A DNA stretch of 36,374 nucleotides from a virus (lineage: Duplodnaviria > Heunggongvirae > Uroviricota > Caudoviricetes). Below, piece after piece: positions 26,802-36,374 of the stretch. The position numbers and the translations under genes are program-made. Every line of letters begins with the position of its first letter. The stretch's first letter is position 1. The notes under the pieces are model-generated. The model made no database searches and was not told where the DNA came from. It worked only from the letters and a program-made list of their open reading frames with translations. The stretch lies in IMG/VR virus record IMGVR_UViG_2531839477_000014. One strand, 5' to 3'.

Positions 26802-27070
26802 TGAAAGAGCTTGAGTTAAAGAAACCGATTACTGCTCATGGCGAGACACTCTCCGTACTGGAGTTTGATGAGCCCACCGGGAAGGATGTCCGCGAGCTTG
26901 GGTATCCCTACCAGATGAATCAGGATGAGTCAGTCAGACTTCTGGCGCATGTGGTGTCGAAATACATTGTGCGGCTGGCGAAAGTGCCGCAAAGCTCTGT
27001 CGACCAGATGTCTCCGGCAGACCTGAATGCAGCGGCGTGGCTTGTGGCTGGTTTTTTCCTCCAGGCCTGA
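26801..27070 (+). CDS. tail assembly chaperone (G-like, unshifted product)
   Basis: Small acidic protein between tube and tape measure genes; contains slippery heptamer near its 3' end. Confidence 0.7.
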   Translation: MKELELKKPITAHGETLSVLEFDEPTGKDVRELGYPYQMNQDESVRLLAHVVSKYIVRLAKVPQSSVDQMSPADLNAAAWLVAGFFLQA

Positions 27071-27219
27071 CGGCTGAATACCTCACTGATCGCTTCTTTG
27101 ACTGCGCCAGCTACTGGCGCATTAATCCTTTCGAATTGCTGAATATGCCGATCAGTGAAATTCCCTTACTGGTCAGTCAGGCAAACAGGATAGAGCAGGA
27201 GAAACGCACACATGGCTGA
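26801..27219 (+). CDS. tail assembly chaperone, -1 frameshift fusion product (GT-like)
   Basis: Slippery heptamer T_TTT_TTC at 27052-27058; the -1 frame stays open to 27219 and overlaps the tape measure start. Confidence 0.6.
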
Positions 27220-29047
27220 ATTTGAGCTTAAGGCGTTGATCACCGGTGTCGACAGGCTTTCTCCCGCGCTGTCGAAAATGCAAAAGAAAATCCGGGGATT
27301 TAAACGCCAGGCGGAAGAAGCGTCACAGGGTGGGCTGGCGCTTGGTGGCGGACTGGCAGCGGGTCTGACGCTTTCCCTGAAATCTTATGCCGATCAGGAA
27401 AACGCCGCCACCGGGCTGAAAGTCGCCATGATGGATGCGAACGGCGAGGTTGGAAAGAGCTTTCAGGACATCAATAAACTGGCTATTGGCCTGGGTAACC
27501 AGCTACCCGGTACAACGGCTGATTTCCAGAACATGATGCAGATGCTGGTGCGTCAGGGGATCCCGGCAGAAAACATTCTGGGTGGTGTGGGTAAAGCGAC
27601 AGCTTATCTTGCGGTACAACTGAAAAAAACACCGGAAGCGGCTGCTGAGTTTGCTGCAAAGATGCAGGATGCTACCGGAACGGCGTCAGAAGACATGATG
27701 GGGCTGTTCGACACTATCCAGAAGGCGTTTTATCTGGGCGTTGACGATACCAACATGTTGTCCTTCTTCACTAAAACCAGTTCTGTTCTGAAGATGGTGA
27801 ACAAGGACGGTCTTCAGGCTGCACAGAGCCTTGCCCCCATCAGCGTCATGATGGATCAGATGGGGATGAACGGGGAGTCGGCAGGTAATGCCCTGCGAAA
27901 AGTTATCCAGTCCGGATTAAGCGTTAAGAAAATCAGGGACGTTAATAAAGTTATGGCCCGCCAGAAACTCGGGGTACAGCTCGATTTTACTGACGGCAAA
28001 GGAAGTTTTGGCGGTCTTGATAACATGTTCAGGCAACTGGCAAAGCTGCGAAAACTGACCGACGTTAAGCGAACAGGTGTACTTAAGGCAATATTTGGTG
28101 ATGATGCTGAAACCCTTCAGGTGGTCAATGCTCTGATCGATAAAGGAAAGGATGGTTACGATCAGATCCAGCAGAAGATGAATAAACAGGCCAGCCTGAA
28201 TAAACGTGTTCAGGCCCAGCTTGGTACGCTGTCCAACCTGTGGGAGGCAATGACGGGGACCGCAACTAACGGCCTTGCGGCTATTGGCGGCGCATTTTCT
28301 GGTGACGCCAAAAATATCACGCAATGGCTGGGAGAGTTAGGGGAAAAATTCACGAAGTTTGCGGATGAAAATCCCCGGGTTATTCGCGGCGTCGTCGGGC
28401 TTGCTGCCGGTCTTGCGATTCTGAAACTGGGATTGATGGGCGTTGGCGGTGCCATCAGTATTGTCAGCAGGATCATGTCGATGACGCCGATTGGAATGAT
28501 TGCGACGGCGATAGCCCTGGCTGCGGGATTAATTATCACTAACTGGGATGTTGTCGGACCTTATTTCAAGAAGCTCTGGGAAACCATTGGTCCTTATTTT
28601 GAGGCTGGCTGGGAACTTCTGAAGAAGGTTTTTGCCTGGTCGCCGCTGGGGATGGTAATCAATAACTGGGGACCGGTTGTTAAGTGGTTTCAGGATATGT
28701 GGGACAAGCTGAAGCCAATTATTGAGTGGTTTACCGACAGTTCCGGTGACACGGTCGATGTCATTAACTCTGCGCAGTGGGGCGCGGGTGCTTATGATGC
28801 TTATGGGACGGGAATACCGGCACGGGGATACACACCTTATCAGGCGGTAGATCCGGCTCAGTCAAACAACGCCTCCGATGCCACAGGCCCGAATCCCTTC
28901 ATGATTAACAAAGCTTCTGCGCCAAAAGTTGATGGTGAGATCAAGGTCTCTTTTGTGAATTCGCCTCCGGGTATGCGGGTTATGGAAACGCGATCCAGCG
29001 GTTTTGATGTCAGCCATGATGTTGGCTATACGCGCTTTGGCAGGTAA
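27212..29047 (+). CDS. tail tape measure protein
   Basis: 611-aa protein with Gly/Ala-rich hydrophobic segments and long helical regions; canonical position after the chaperone pair. Confidence 0.88.
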   Translation: MAEFELKALITGVDRLSPALSKMQKKIRGFKRQAEEASQGGLALGGGLAAGLTLSLKSYADQENAATGLKVAMMDANGEVGKSFQDINKLAIGLGNQLPGTTADFQNMMQMLVRQGIPAENILGGVGKATAYLAVQLKKTPEAAAEFAAKMQDATGTASEDMMGLFDTIQKAFYLGVDDTNMLSFFTKTSSVLKMVNKDGLQAAQSLAPISVMMDQMGMNGESAGNALRKVIQSGLSVKKIRDVNKVMARQKLGVQLDFTDGKGSFGGLDNMFRQLAKLRKLTDVKRTGVLKAIFGDDAETLQVVNALIDKGKDGYDQIQQKMNKQASLNKRVQAQLGTLSNLWEAMTGTATNGLAAIGGAFSGDAKNITQWLGELGEKFTKFADENPRVIRGVVGLAAGLAILKLGLMGVGGAISIVSRIMSMTPIGMIATAIALAAGLIITNWDVVGPYFKKLWETIGPYFEAGWELLKKVFAWSPLGMVINNWGPVVKWFQDMWDKLKPIIEWFTDSSGDTVDVINSAQWGAGAYDAYGTGIPARGYTPYQAVDPAQSNNASDATGPNPFMINKASAPKVDGEIKVSFVNSPPGMRVMETRSSGFDVSHDVGYTRFGR

Positions 29048-29107
29048 TGAAAAATTAATCTGTTAATGAGTCCCACTCCGGTGGGATTTTTTATGTACGG
29101 AGTTTAT

Positions 29108-30433
29108 ATGACGTGGAAAGACAGACTTCAGGACGCGTCATTTCGCGGTGTGCCGTTTAAGGTTGAAGAAGAAAGTGCGGGAACCGGTCGTCGTGTGGAA
29201 ACGCACGAATACCCGAACCGCGACAAACCCTATACCGAAGACCTGGGGAAAATCACTTTCCGCCCGTCCATCACAGCTTATGTGGTGGGAGATGACTGCT
29301 TTGACCAGCGCGATCGCCTGATTGACGCGCTGAATAAACCCGGTCCCGGCACGCTTGTCCATCCGACTTACGGTGAGCTGAAAGTCTGTGTTGACGGGGA
29401 AGTTCGGGTCAGCACATCGAAGAGTGAAGGGCGTATTGTCCGCTTTGACCTGAAGTTTGTCGAAGCGGGAGAACTCTCTTACCCCACTTCAGGTGCGGCG
29501 ACGGCGCAGACGCTGATGTCATCCTGTTCTGCACTGGATGACTGCATCAGTGACAGCTTCAGTGGTTTCAGTATCGATGGCGTGGCAGATTTTGTGCAGA
29601 ACGACGTCGTCGGTAATGCCAGCACAATGCTTGGGTATGTTTCTGATGCGATGAAAGTGGTGGATTCTGCCGTATCGGATGCCGCCAGGCTGTTGCAGGG
29701 GGATATCTCGGTACTTCTGCCGCCGCCATCGTCAGGCAAAAATTTCGTTGAGCAGGTGCAGAAAATGTGGCGTACCGGGAAACGCCTTTATGGTAACGCC
29801 AGCGACCTGGTCACCATGATCAAAACGCTTTCCGGTGTCAGCCTCGGCAGCGATCTGCAACCGCGCGGCGTCTGGAAAACGGACAGTAAAACCACCGCCA
29901 CGGCGACGCAGCAGCGTAACGTGGTTGCCAGCACCCTTCGTACGACCGCAATCAGCGAAGCGGCGTATGCCGTCACCCGATTGCCTGCGCCAACAACTTC
30001 CGCGGTGATGCAGAATGCCGCAGTGGGGCAGGCAACAACACCCGCGCAGAGCACTGGCTGGCCTTCCGTCACGCATCCGGCACTGAACAATGCACCGGCG
30101 GTGAAAAGCACGGTTGACCTGCCGACGTGGGAAGAACTGACTGACATTCGCGACACACTGAATACGGCAATTGATAAGGAGTTGTCCCGAACAACCAGTG
30201 ATGCGCTGTTTCTGGCGCTGCGCCGGGTGAAAGCAGATCTGAATGCGGATATCAACACGCGCCTTGAACAGTCTGCACGGATCATTCAGCGCACGCCGGA
30301 TGAGGTTTTACCCGCGCTGGTGCTGGCGGCGACCTGGTTTGATAACGCGGCGCGTGACGCGGACATTATCCGGCGTAATGCCATTACGCATCCCGGCTTT
30401 GTGCCGGTGATCCCTCTGAAGGTGCCAGTGTAA
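29108..30433 (+). CDS. DNA circularization protein (Mu N-like) / baseplate-associated
   Basis: Start at ATG 29108 with ACGGAG Shine-Dalgarno; resembles Mu gpN-family proteins; follows the tape measure gene. Confidence 0.7.
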   Translation: MTWKDRLQDASFRGVPFKVEEESAGTGRRVETHEYPNRDKPYTEDLGKITFRPSITAYVVGDDCFDQRDRLIDALNKPGPGTLVHPTYGELKVCVDGEVRVSTSKSEGRIVRFDLKFVEAGELSYPTSGAATAQTLMSSCSALDDCISDSFSGFSIDGVADFVQNDVVGNASTMLGYVSDAMKVVDSAVSDAARLLQGDISVLLPPPSSGKNFVEQVQKMWRTGKRLYGNASDLVTMIKTLSGVSLGSDLQPRGVWKTDSKTTATATQQRNVVASTLRTTAISEAAYAVTRLPAPTTSAVMQNAAVGQATTPAQSTGWPSVTHPALNNAPAVKSTVDLPTWEELTDIRDTLNTAIDKELSRTTSDALFLALRRVKADLNADINTRLEQSARIIQRTPDEVLPALVLAATWFDNAARDADIIRRNAITHPGFVPVIPLKVPV

Positions 30434-31512
30434 TGAACGATAACGTCACGCTACGGGTAAATGGCCGGGAGTGGAATGGCTGGACATCGGTGCGCATCGG
30501 TGCCGGTGTTGAACGACTGGCGCGGGATTTCAGTGTGGAGATCACCCGCCAGTGGCCGGGAGATGAGGGTATTACCACGCTTCAGTCGCGCATTAAAAAC
30601 GGTTCAAAAGTGGAGGTGCTGATTGGTGATGAGCTGGTGATCACCGGCTGGGTGGAGGCGACGCCCGTTCGTTACGATGCCCGTTCGGTCAGCACCGGTA
30701 TTGCCGGACGTAGTCTGACCGCTGACCTGATTGACTGTGCAGCCGAACCGACACAGTTTAACGGACGATCGCTGGTACAGATTGCGCAGGCGCTTGCTGC
30801 GCCTTTCGGCATTGAGGTGGTGAACAGCGGTGCGCCGTCGGGTGTTATTCCTGATGTCCAGCCTGATCACGGTGAAACGGTGATTGAGGTGATCAACAAA
30901 ATACTCGGTCAGCAGCAGGCGCTGGCTTACGACGACCCGCACGGCAGGCTGGTGATTGGTAGTATTGGCTCAACGCGGGCACATACCGCGCTGGTACTTG
31001 GGGAAAACATCCTTTCCTGCGATACGGAGAAGAGTATCCGGGAGCGGTTTTCTGTTTACCAGGTGGCGGGGCAGCGTGCCGGAAACGACGATGATTTCGG
31101 TGAGGCCACCACCACCGCGCTGCGGGCCCGCACAGAGGACGCATTTATTGCCCGTTACCGTCCGATGTATATCAGGCAGACAGGGCAGGCTACGGGGGCA
31201 GGCTGTATTGCGCGTGCTGACTTTGAAGCCCGGCAACGGGCGGCGCGGACGGATGAAACCACCTATGTGGTGCAGGGCTGGCGACAGGGTAACGGTACGC
31301 TGTGGCAACCCAACCAGCGGGTGATTGTCTTTGATCCGGTCTGTGGTTTTGACAATACCGAACTGCTTGTTTCGGAAGTCACGTTTACTCAGGACCAGAA
31401 CGGCACCCTGACGGAAATCCGTGTCGGCCCGCCTGATGCTTATCTGCCTGAACCTGAAGACCCCGGCGCGCGGAAAAAGAAAAAAGCCAGAGTACAGGAG
31501 GACCCGTTCTGA
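30433..31512 (+). CDS. baseplate hub protein (Mu P-like / P2 D-like)
   Basis: 359-aa protein in conserved Mu-like baseplate gene order; ATGA coupling. Confidence 0.7.
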   Translation: MNDNVTLRVNGREWNGWTSVRIGAGVERLARDFSVEITRQWPGDEGITTLQSRIKNGSKVEVLIGDELVITGWVEATPVRYDARSVSTGIAGRSLTADLIDCAAEPTQFNGRSLVQIAQALAAPFGIEVVNSGAPSGVIPDVQPDHGETVIEVINKILGQQQALAYDDPHGRLVIGSIGSTRAHTALVLGENILSCDTEKSIRERFSVYQVAGQRAGNDDDFGEATTTALRARTEDAFIARYRPMYIRQTGQATGAGCIARADFEARQRAARTDETTYVVQGWRQGNGTLWQPNQRVIVFDPVCGFDNTELLVSEVTFTQDQNGTLTEIRVGPPDAYLPEPEDPGARKKKKARVQEDPF

Positions 31513-32060
31513 TGAGGACGATTGAAGCCATGCAGCGACAACTTCTCGGCCTGATTGGGCGGGCAGTGGTGAAAAGCATCAGTGCCGCCACGAAATGTCA
31601 GACCGTGGATGTGTCCCTGATTGCCGGTGAACCCAAAGCCGGGGTTGAACATCTTGAACCCTACGGTTTTACCGCAAGGGCAAACAGCGGTGCGGAAGCG
31701 GTGGTGTTGTTTCCGGATGGCGACCGTTCTCATGCGGTGGTTGTTACGGTGTCGGACCGGCGCTACCGCATGAAAGGGCTGCAGACGGGGGAGGTGGCTG
31801 TCTATGACGATCAGGGGCAGTCTGTGACGCTGACCCGGGAGGGGATCGTGGTGGACGGTGCAGGTAAAACGATCACGTTTCGCAATGCGCCCAGAGCACG
31901 TTTTGAAATGGACCTGGAAGTGACCGGACAGGTGAAAGACCTGTGCGACTCCGGCGGCACCACCATGTCAGCGATGCGGCTTGCCTATAACGGCCATCGT
32001 CACAGAGAGAACGGTCAGGGCAGTAACACCGACAAACCGGATAAAGCGATGGAGGCATGA
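31512..32060 (+). CDS. baseplate assembly protein V-like (spike)
   Basis: 182-aa protein following the hub gene. Confidence 0.7.
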   Translation: MRTIEAMQRQLLGLIGRAVVKSISAATKCQTVDVSLIAGEPKAGVEHLEPYGFTARANSGAEAVVLFPDGDRSHAVVVTVSDRRYRMKGLQTGEVAVYDDQGQSVTLTREGIVVDGAGKTITFRNAPRARFEMDLEVTGQVKDLCDSGGTTMSAMRLAYNGHRHRENGQGSNTDKPDKAMEA

Positions 32061-32485
32061 TGGAACTGTGGCTGACGGTGAACGGTAAACGCACCTGCGC
32101 CAGCGCACCGCTGGATCCGCTGACCCGCGCCGTGGTGATTTCCCTGTTCACCTGGCGGCGGGCGGAGCCTGATGACAATGCCGACGTCCCGATGGGATGG
32201 TGGGGGGATACCTGGCCTGCGGTACAGAATGACCGTTACGGCTCCCGGCTGTGGCTGCTTCAGCGCGGCAAACTGACCAATCAGCTGGTGCAGACGGTAA
32301 GGGGGTATATCCGCGAATGCCTGCAATGGATGATTGATGACGGTGTGGTGTCCCGTATTGATCTGGATATCCGCCGCACCGGGATTAATGAACTGGGTAA
32401 CAGTATCACTCTCTGGCGTCGTGACGGACCGGTAATGATTTCTTTTGATGATCTGTGGAGTGCGATAACGCATGGCGGACAGTGA
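32057..32485 (+). CDS. baseplate wedge protein (Mu gp46-like / P2 W-like)
   Basis: 142-aa protein in conserved order, translationally coupled. Confidence 0.65.
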   Translation: MMELWLTVNGKRTCASAPLDPLTRAVVISLFTWRRAEPDDNADVPMGWWGDTWPAVQNDRYGSRLWLLQRGKLTNQLVQTVRGYIRECLQWMIDDGVVSRIDLDIRRTGINELGNSITLWRRDGPVMISFDDLWSAITHGGQ

Positions 32486-33530
32486 ATTTCAGCGCCCGAC
32501 GCTGGCAGAAAATATCAGTATGCTCCGTAACGATTTATTCGCCAGGCTGGACGTCAGCGACACGCTCCGGCGCATGGATGAAGACGTGCGGGCAAAGGTG
32601 TATGCGGCGGCGCTGCATACGGTTTACGGTTACATCGATTATCTGGCAATGAACATGCTGCCTGACCTGTGCGATGAGTCCTGGCTGGCGCGACATGCTG
32701 CGATGAAACGGTGTCCGCGCAAGGGGGCCACGGCTGCCAGCGGGTATATGCGCTGGGAAGGTGTCAGCGATGGCCTGAAGGTGACCGCCGGGAGTGTTAT
32801 TCAGCGCGATGACCTGGTTCAGTACACGGCAACTGCCGATGCAACCAGCTCCGGTGGTGTCCTGCGCGTGCCGATCGCCTGCTCAAGTGCAGGCGCGGTC
32901 GGTAACGCTGACGACGGTACGTCATTAATCCTGGTCACGCCGGTGAATGGTCTGCCGTCTTCCGGCGTGGCAGACACTCTGACAGGTGGATTTGATACTG
33001 AAGAGCTGGAAACGTGGCGCGCCCGCGTCATTGAGCGGTATTACTGGACGCCTCAGGGCGGGGCTGACGGGGACTATGTTGTCTGGGCTAAAGAAGTGCC
33101 AGGCATTACCCGTGCATGGACATACCGCCACTGGATGGGAACGGGGACTGTCGGTGTGATGATTGCCAGCAGTGACCTGATTAATCCCATTCCGGAAGAA
33201 TCAACGGAAACGGCGGCAAGACAACACATTGAGCCACTGGCCCCGGTGGCAGGCTCTGATTTGTATGTATTCAGGCCGGTGGCGCATAAAGTGGATTTTC
33301 ATATCCGCGTGACGCCGGACACACCGGAAATACGGACTGCCATCACCGCGGAGTTGCGTTCGTTCCTGCTGCGTGATGGTTATCCGCAGGGAGAACTGAA
33401 GGTGTCGCGTATCAGTGAGGCGATTTCCGGTGCGAACGGGGAATACAGCCATCAGTTGCTTGCACCGGCGGACAATATCTCCATTGCAAAAAATGAACTG
33501 GCGGTACTGGGGACGATTTCATGGACGTGA
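32472..33530 (+). CDS. baseplate J-like protein (Mu gp47-like)
   Basis: 352-aa protein in conserved position between the gp46-like and gp48-like genes. Confidence 0.8.
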   Translation: MADSEFQRPTLAENISMLRNDLFARLDVSDTLRRMDEDVRAKVYAAALHTVYGYIDYLAMNMLPDLCDESWLARHAAMKRCPRKGATAASGYMRWEGVSDGLKVTAGSVIQRDDLVQYTATADATSSGGVLRVPIACSSAGAVGNADDGTSLILVTPVNGLPSSGVADTLTGGFDTEELETWRARVIERYYWTPQGGADGDYVVWAKEVPGITRAWTYRHWMGTGTVGVMIASSDLINPIPEESTETAARQHIEPLAPVAGSDLYVFRPVAHKVDFHIRVTPDTPEIRTAITAELRSFLLRDGYPQGELKVSRISEAISGANGEYSHQLLAPADNISIAKNELAVLGTISWT

Positions 33531-34105
33531 CAAACGATGATTACATCCATCTGTTGTCGGCACTGTTGCCCCCCGGTCCGGCGTGGTCAGCCAGCGATCC
33601 GGCGATTGCCGGTGCGGCACCGTCATTAACTCGCGTTCATCAGCGTGCGGATGCCCTGATGCGGGAGCTGGATCCGCGCACCACCACCGAACTGATAAAT
33701 CGCTGGGAGCGTCTGTGCGGCCTGCCGGATGAATGTATTCCCGCAGGGACACAGACCCTTCGCCAGCGTCAGCAACGACTGGATGCGAAGGTTAACCTGG
33801 CGGGCGGCATCAATGAGGATTTTTACCTTGCACAGCTTGCTGCCCTGGGCAGACCAGACGCCACCATCACGCGATACGACAAAAGCACGTTCACCTGCTC
33901 ATCGGTCTGTACTGACGCGGTGAATGCGCCGGAATGGCGGTATTACTGGCAGGTCAACATGCCAGCCGCCACCAACACCACCTGGATGACATGTGGCGAC
34001 CCCTGCGATTCCGCACTGCGTATCTGGGGGGACACCGTTGTCGAATGTGTGCTTAACAAACTCTGCCCGTCGCATACCTACGTAATTTTTAAATATCCGG
34101 AGTAA
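33521..34105 (+). CDS. tail protein, Mu gp48-like / YmfQ-like (DUF2313)
   Basis: 194-aa Cys-containing protein preceding the tail fibre gene, as in Mu-like and e14-like tail modules. Confidence 0.65.
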   Translation: MDVTNDDYIHLLSALLPPGPAWSASDPAIAGAAPSLTRVHQRADALMRELDPRTTTELINRWERLCGLPDECIPAGTQTLRQRQQRLDAKVNLAGGINEDFYLAQLAALGRPDATITRYDKSTFTCSSVCTDAVNAPEWRYYWQVNMPAATNTTWMTCGDPCDSALRIWGDTVVECVLNKLCPSHTYVIFKYPE

Positions 34106-34108
34106 TCC

Positions 34109-34870
34109 ATGCATCGTATAGACACGAAAACCGCGCAGAAGGATAAGTTCGGCGCGGGTAAGAACGGTTTTACCCGTGGTAACCCCCAGACCGGCACGCC
34201 TGCCACCGATCTGGATGATGACTACTTTGACATGTTGCAGGAAGAGCTTTGTGGCGTGGTGGAGGCATCCGGTGCCAGCCTGGAGAAGGGGAGGCACGAC
34301 CAGCTGCTTACCGCGCTTCGTGCGCTGCTGTTAAGCCGCAAGAATCCGTTTGGCGATATCAAATCGGATGGCACCGTGAAAACAGCTCTCGAAAACCTTG
34401 GTTTGGGAGAAGGCTCTGCATTACCGGTTGGTGTGCCTGTTCCGTGGCCTTCAGCCACTCCGCCAACGGGGTGGCTAAAATGTAACGGAGCAGTATTTTC
34501 TTCTGAAAAGTACCCAAATCTGGCAAAGGCTTACCCAACATTAAAATTACCAGATTTACGCGGTGAATTTATTCGTGGCTGGGATGATGGGCGCGGGATT
34601 GACTCTGGTCGTAACTTATTATCTGCACAGAATGATGCAATTCAGAATATTGTTGGTTCTTTTGGGCGTACCCAGCTTTTTAGAGACGTACTTAGTTCAG
34701 GGCCATTTAGTCAACATGGGCAAGTATTATCTACAGGTCTAAAGGAAGCCGAAATTATTGAGGGTTATGGCGCTTATAACTGGACATTCGACGCATCTCG
34801 CTCAGTTCGCACAGCATCTGAAACCCGCTCCCGTAACATCGCCTTTAATTATATTGTGAGGGCTGCATGA
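34109..34870 (+). CDS. tail fibre protein with C-terminal tail-collar domain
   Basis: Conserved N-terminus [26 protein letters not shown]...; collar-like segment [58 protein letters not shown]; 3' third visibly AT-richer. Confidence 0.8.
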   Translation: MHRIDTKTAQKDKFGAGKNGFTRGNPQTGTPATDLDDDYFDMLQEELCGVVEASGASLEKGRHDQLLTALRALLLSRKNPFGDIKSDGTVKTALENLGLGEGSALPVGVPVPWPSATPPTGWLKCNGAVFSSEKYPNLAKAYPTLKLPDLRGEFIRGWDDGRGIDSGRNLLSAQNDAIQNIVGSFGRTQLFRDVLSSGPFSQHGQVLSTGLKEAEIIEGYGAYNWTFDASRSVRTASETRSRNIAFNYIVRAA

Positions 34871-35028
34871 TAAGTAAAGCTGTATTAAATAATGAACTCA
34901 TCGCCACAAAGGCCGTAACCGGCTCATTTAAACCGTCTGGTCTGTTTCCTCCGGCTCTACAAAAATAATGTCCATCATTTTTGAACTGCGCCCCAAAGGT
35001 TAGACACCAGACCAAAAACTGAGGATGC

Positions 35029-35535
35029 ATGGAAAAGTTTTCATTGGAGTTCAAAAAGGTAGTATCAGAAAAGTACCTGGAGGGAGAGTTGAGTCTGAAA
35101 TCTGTAGCAAGGATGTACGGTATCAGTCCCTGCACAGTAAGAAAATGGGCTTATGCCTATCGGGAACATGGGATAAGCATACTTACGGGTAAAAAAGGAC
35201 GCTATTCTGCTGAGTTAAAACTCACAGTAGTAAAAGAAGTCGTGGATGACTGTTTTTCTGTTCGTGAAGTAGCGGTAAAACACGGAATACCAGCCTTTGG
35301 TACTGTATGCAACTGGCTTGAAAAATATAGAAAATATGGCGAAGATGCTTTCATTCGAAAAAATAAAAAGAGTATTCCTGTGCCGGATAAAAGCGCCATT
35401 TCAGCACCACCACTACCAACATTAACCAAAGATGAGAGAGAAGAACTTGAACAACTCAGGGTCGAGAATGCCTACTTAAAAAAGCTGAAAGCCTTGGTTC
35501 AGCAGAAAACATGCTCAACGTTCAGGAAAAAGTGA
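35029..35535 (+). CDS. IS3-family transposase OrfA (HTH and leucine-zipper region)
   Basis: 168-aa protein with HTH near the N-terminus and heptad-leucine segment (EELEQLRVENAYLKKLKALV) ending at the frameshift window. Confidence 0.85.
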   Translation: MEKFSLEFKKVVSEKYLEGELSLKSVARMYGISPCTVRKWAYAYREHGISILTGKKGRYSAELKLTVVKEVVDDCFSVREVAVKHGIPAFGTVCNWLEKYRKYGEDAFIRKNKKSIPVPDKSAISAPPLPTLTKDEREELEQLRVENAYLKKLKALVQQKTCSTFRKK

Positions 35536-36374
35536 GCATTGTGAATGAACTAAGGCAGGAATGGCCATTGTCCCGATTGTTAATTGTTTCCGGGCTGCCC
35601 CGGAGTACATTTTACTATCATGTCAGACGGCTTGCTGCTCCTGACCGGTATCAGTCTGCCAGAGCGCTTGTGCTGAAAATTTATCACCAGCACAAAGGCC
35701 GCTATGGTTACAGACGCATCAGGCTGGCATGTCGTAACGAGGGGGTTTTACTTAATGGTAAAACCGTCAGAAAACTGATGAAGGAACTGGGTATTAGCAG
35801 CCTGATCCGCGTTAAAAAATACCGTTCATATAAAGGAGAACAAGGACGAATTTGCGATAATCTCCTGAAACGCAATTTTGATGCAAAACGCCCCAACGAG
35901 AAGTGGGTTACAGATGTCACTGAATTTAAAGTGAATGGCAAGAAGCTGTATTTGTCGCCCGTCATGGATCTTTATAATGGAGAAATAATTTCCTATAACC
36001 TCGCCACTCGCCCTCAACCTTCAATGGTGCAGACTATGCTTACGGATGCGCTGAAACAGCTGTCGAAAGATGAACACCCCATACTGCACAGCGATCAAGG
36101 TTGGCAATATCAGATGTCCCGGTGGCAACGATGGTTAAAGGATAGCGGTATAGTCCAGAGTATGTCTCGCCGGGGAAATTGTCTTGATAATGCAGTTATA
36201 GAGAGCTTTTTTGGAACATTGAAATCAGAATGTTATTACCTCAATGAATATAAAAATGTGGAGGACTTAAAGCGAGACATCATTGATTACATAAACTATT
36301 ATAATCAATTGAGGATAAAGGAAAAACTTGGCGGTCTTAGCCCGGTACAATATCGATTGAGTCAGGCTGCATAA
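35511..36374 (+). CDS. IS3-family transposase OrfB (DDE catalytic domain), made as an OrfAB fusion by -1 frameshift
   Basis: Integrase-core features (KWVTDVTEF..., HSDQGWQY, NAVIESFFGTLKSE); frame is -1 relative to OrfA; slippery A_AAA_AAG at 35478-35484. Confidence 0.88.
   Translation: MLNVQEKVSIVNELRQEWPLSRLLIVSGLPRSTFYYHVRRLAAPDRYQSARALVLKIYHQHKGRYGYRRIRLACRNEGVLLNGKTVRKLMKELGISSLIRVKKYRSYKGEQGRICDNLLKRNFDAKRPNEKWVTDVTEFKVNGKKLYLSPVMDLYNGEIISYNLATRPQPSMVQTMLTDALKQLSKDEHPILHSDQGWQYQMSRWQRWLKDSGIVQSMSRRGNCLDNAVIESFFGTLKSECYYLNEYKNVEDLKRDIIDYINYYNQLRIKEKLGGLSPVQYRLSQAA

Larger units (their letters stand above)
34982..36374 (+). mobile_element. IS3-family insertion sequence (IS150-like), truncated by the window end
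   Basis: Left terminus begins TGAACTGCGCCCC (IS3-family TG... inverted-repeat style); orfA and orfB overlap with an A_AAA_AAG frameshift site; right end lies beyond the window. Confidence 0.8.

Noticed and set aside
29788-30285. 165-aa minus-strand ORF inside the DNA circularization gene
   Set aside because: Antisense within a conserved tail-module gene; Arg/Ser/Ala-rich.
1-36374. CRISPR arrays, rRNA genes, additional tRNA genes
   Set aside because: No regularly spaced repeat-spacer arrays and no rRNA-like sequence seen; the only tRNA recognised is thrW.

Overview
This window is the left ~35 kb of an integrated tailed prophage sitting directly beside the host genes proA (1..1254) and tRNA-Thr thrW (1369..1444). 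The prophage is modular and chimeric: a P22/SfV-type integrase and excisionase at the junction; a leftward early operon of small accessory genes; a lambdoid immunity region (CI-like repressor, Cro, operator repeats); a replication/nin-like block (initiator with in-gene iterons, Dam-like methyltransferase, RusA, KilA-N, DUF968, Q-like antiterminator); a lysis cassette (two membrane proteins, GH19 endolysin, Rz/Rz1); an HK97-type packaging and head module; and a Mu-like contractile tail module ending in a short tail fibre. An IS3-family element is inserted after the tail fibre and runs off the window end. The most interesting unexplained content is two AT-rich insertions at classic moron positions: a two-gene cassette between Q and the lysis genes (12580..13990), and a single membrane-anchored gene between the lysis cassette and the packaging genes (15866..16780). 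A GC-rich, ORF-poor, highly structured segment (4100..4500) and a convergent small-ORF pair next to the repressor (4557..4995) are also unexplained. All calls rest on reading the supplied translations and sequence by eye; no database search, GC calculation or folding was run, and protein family names are recalled from memory.
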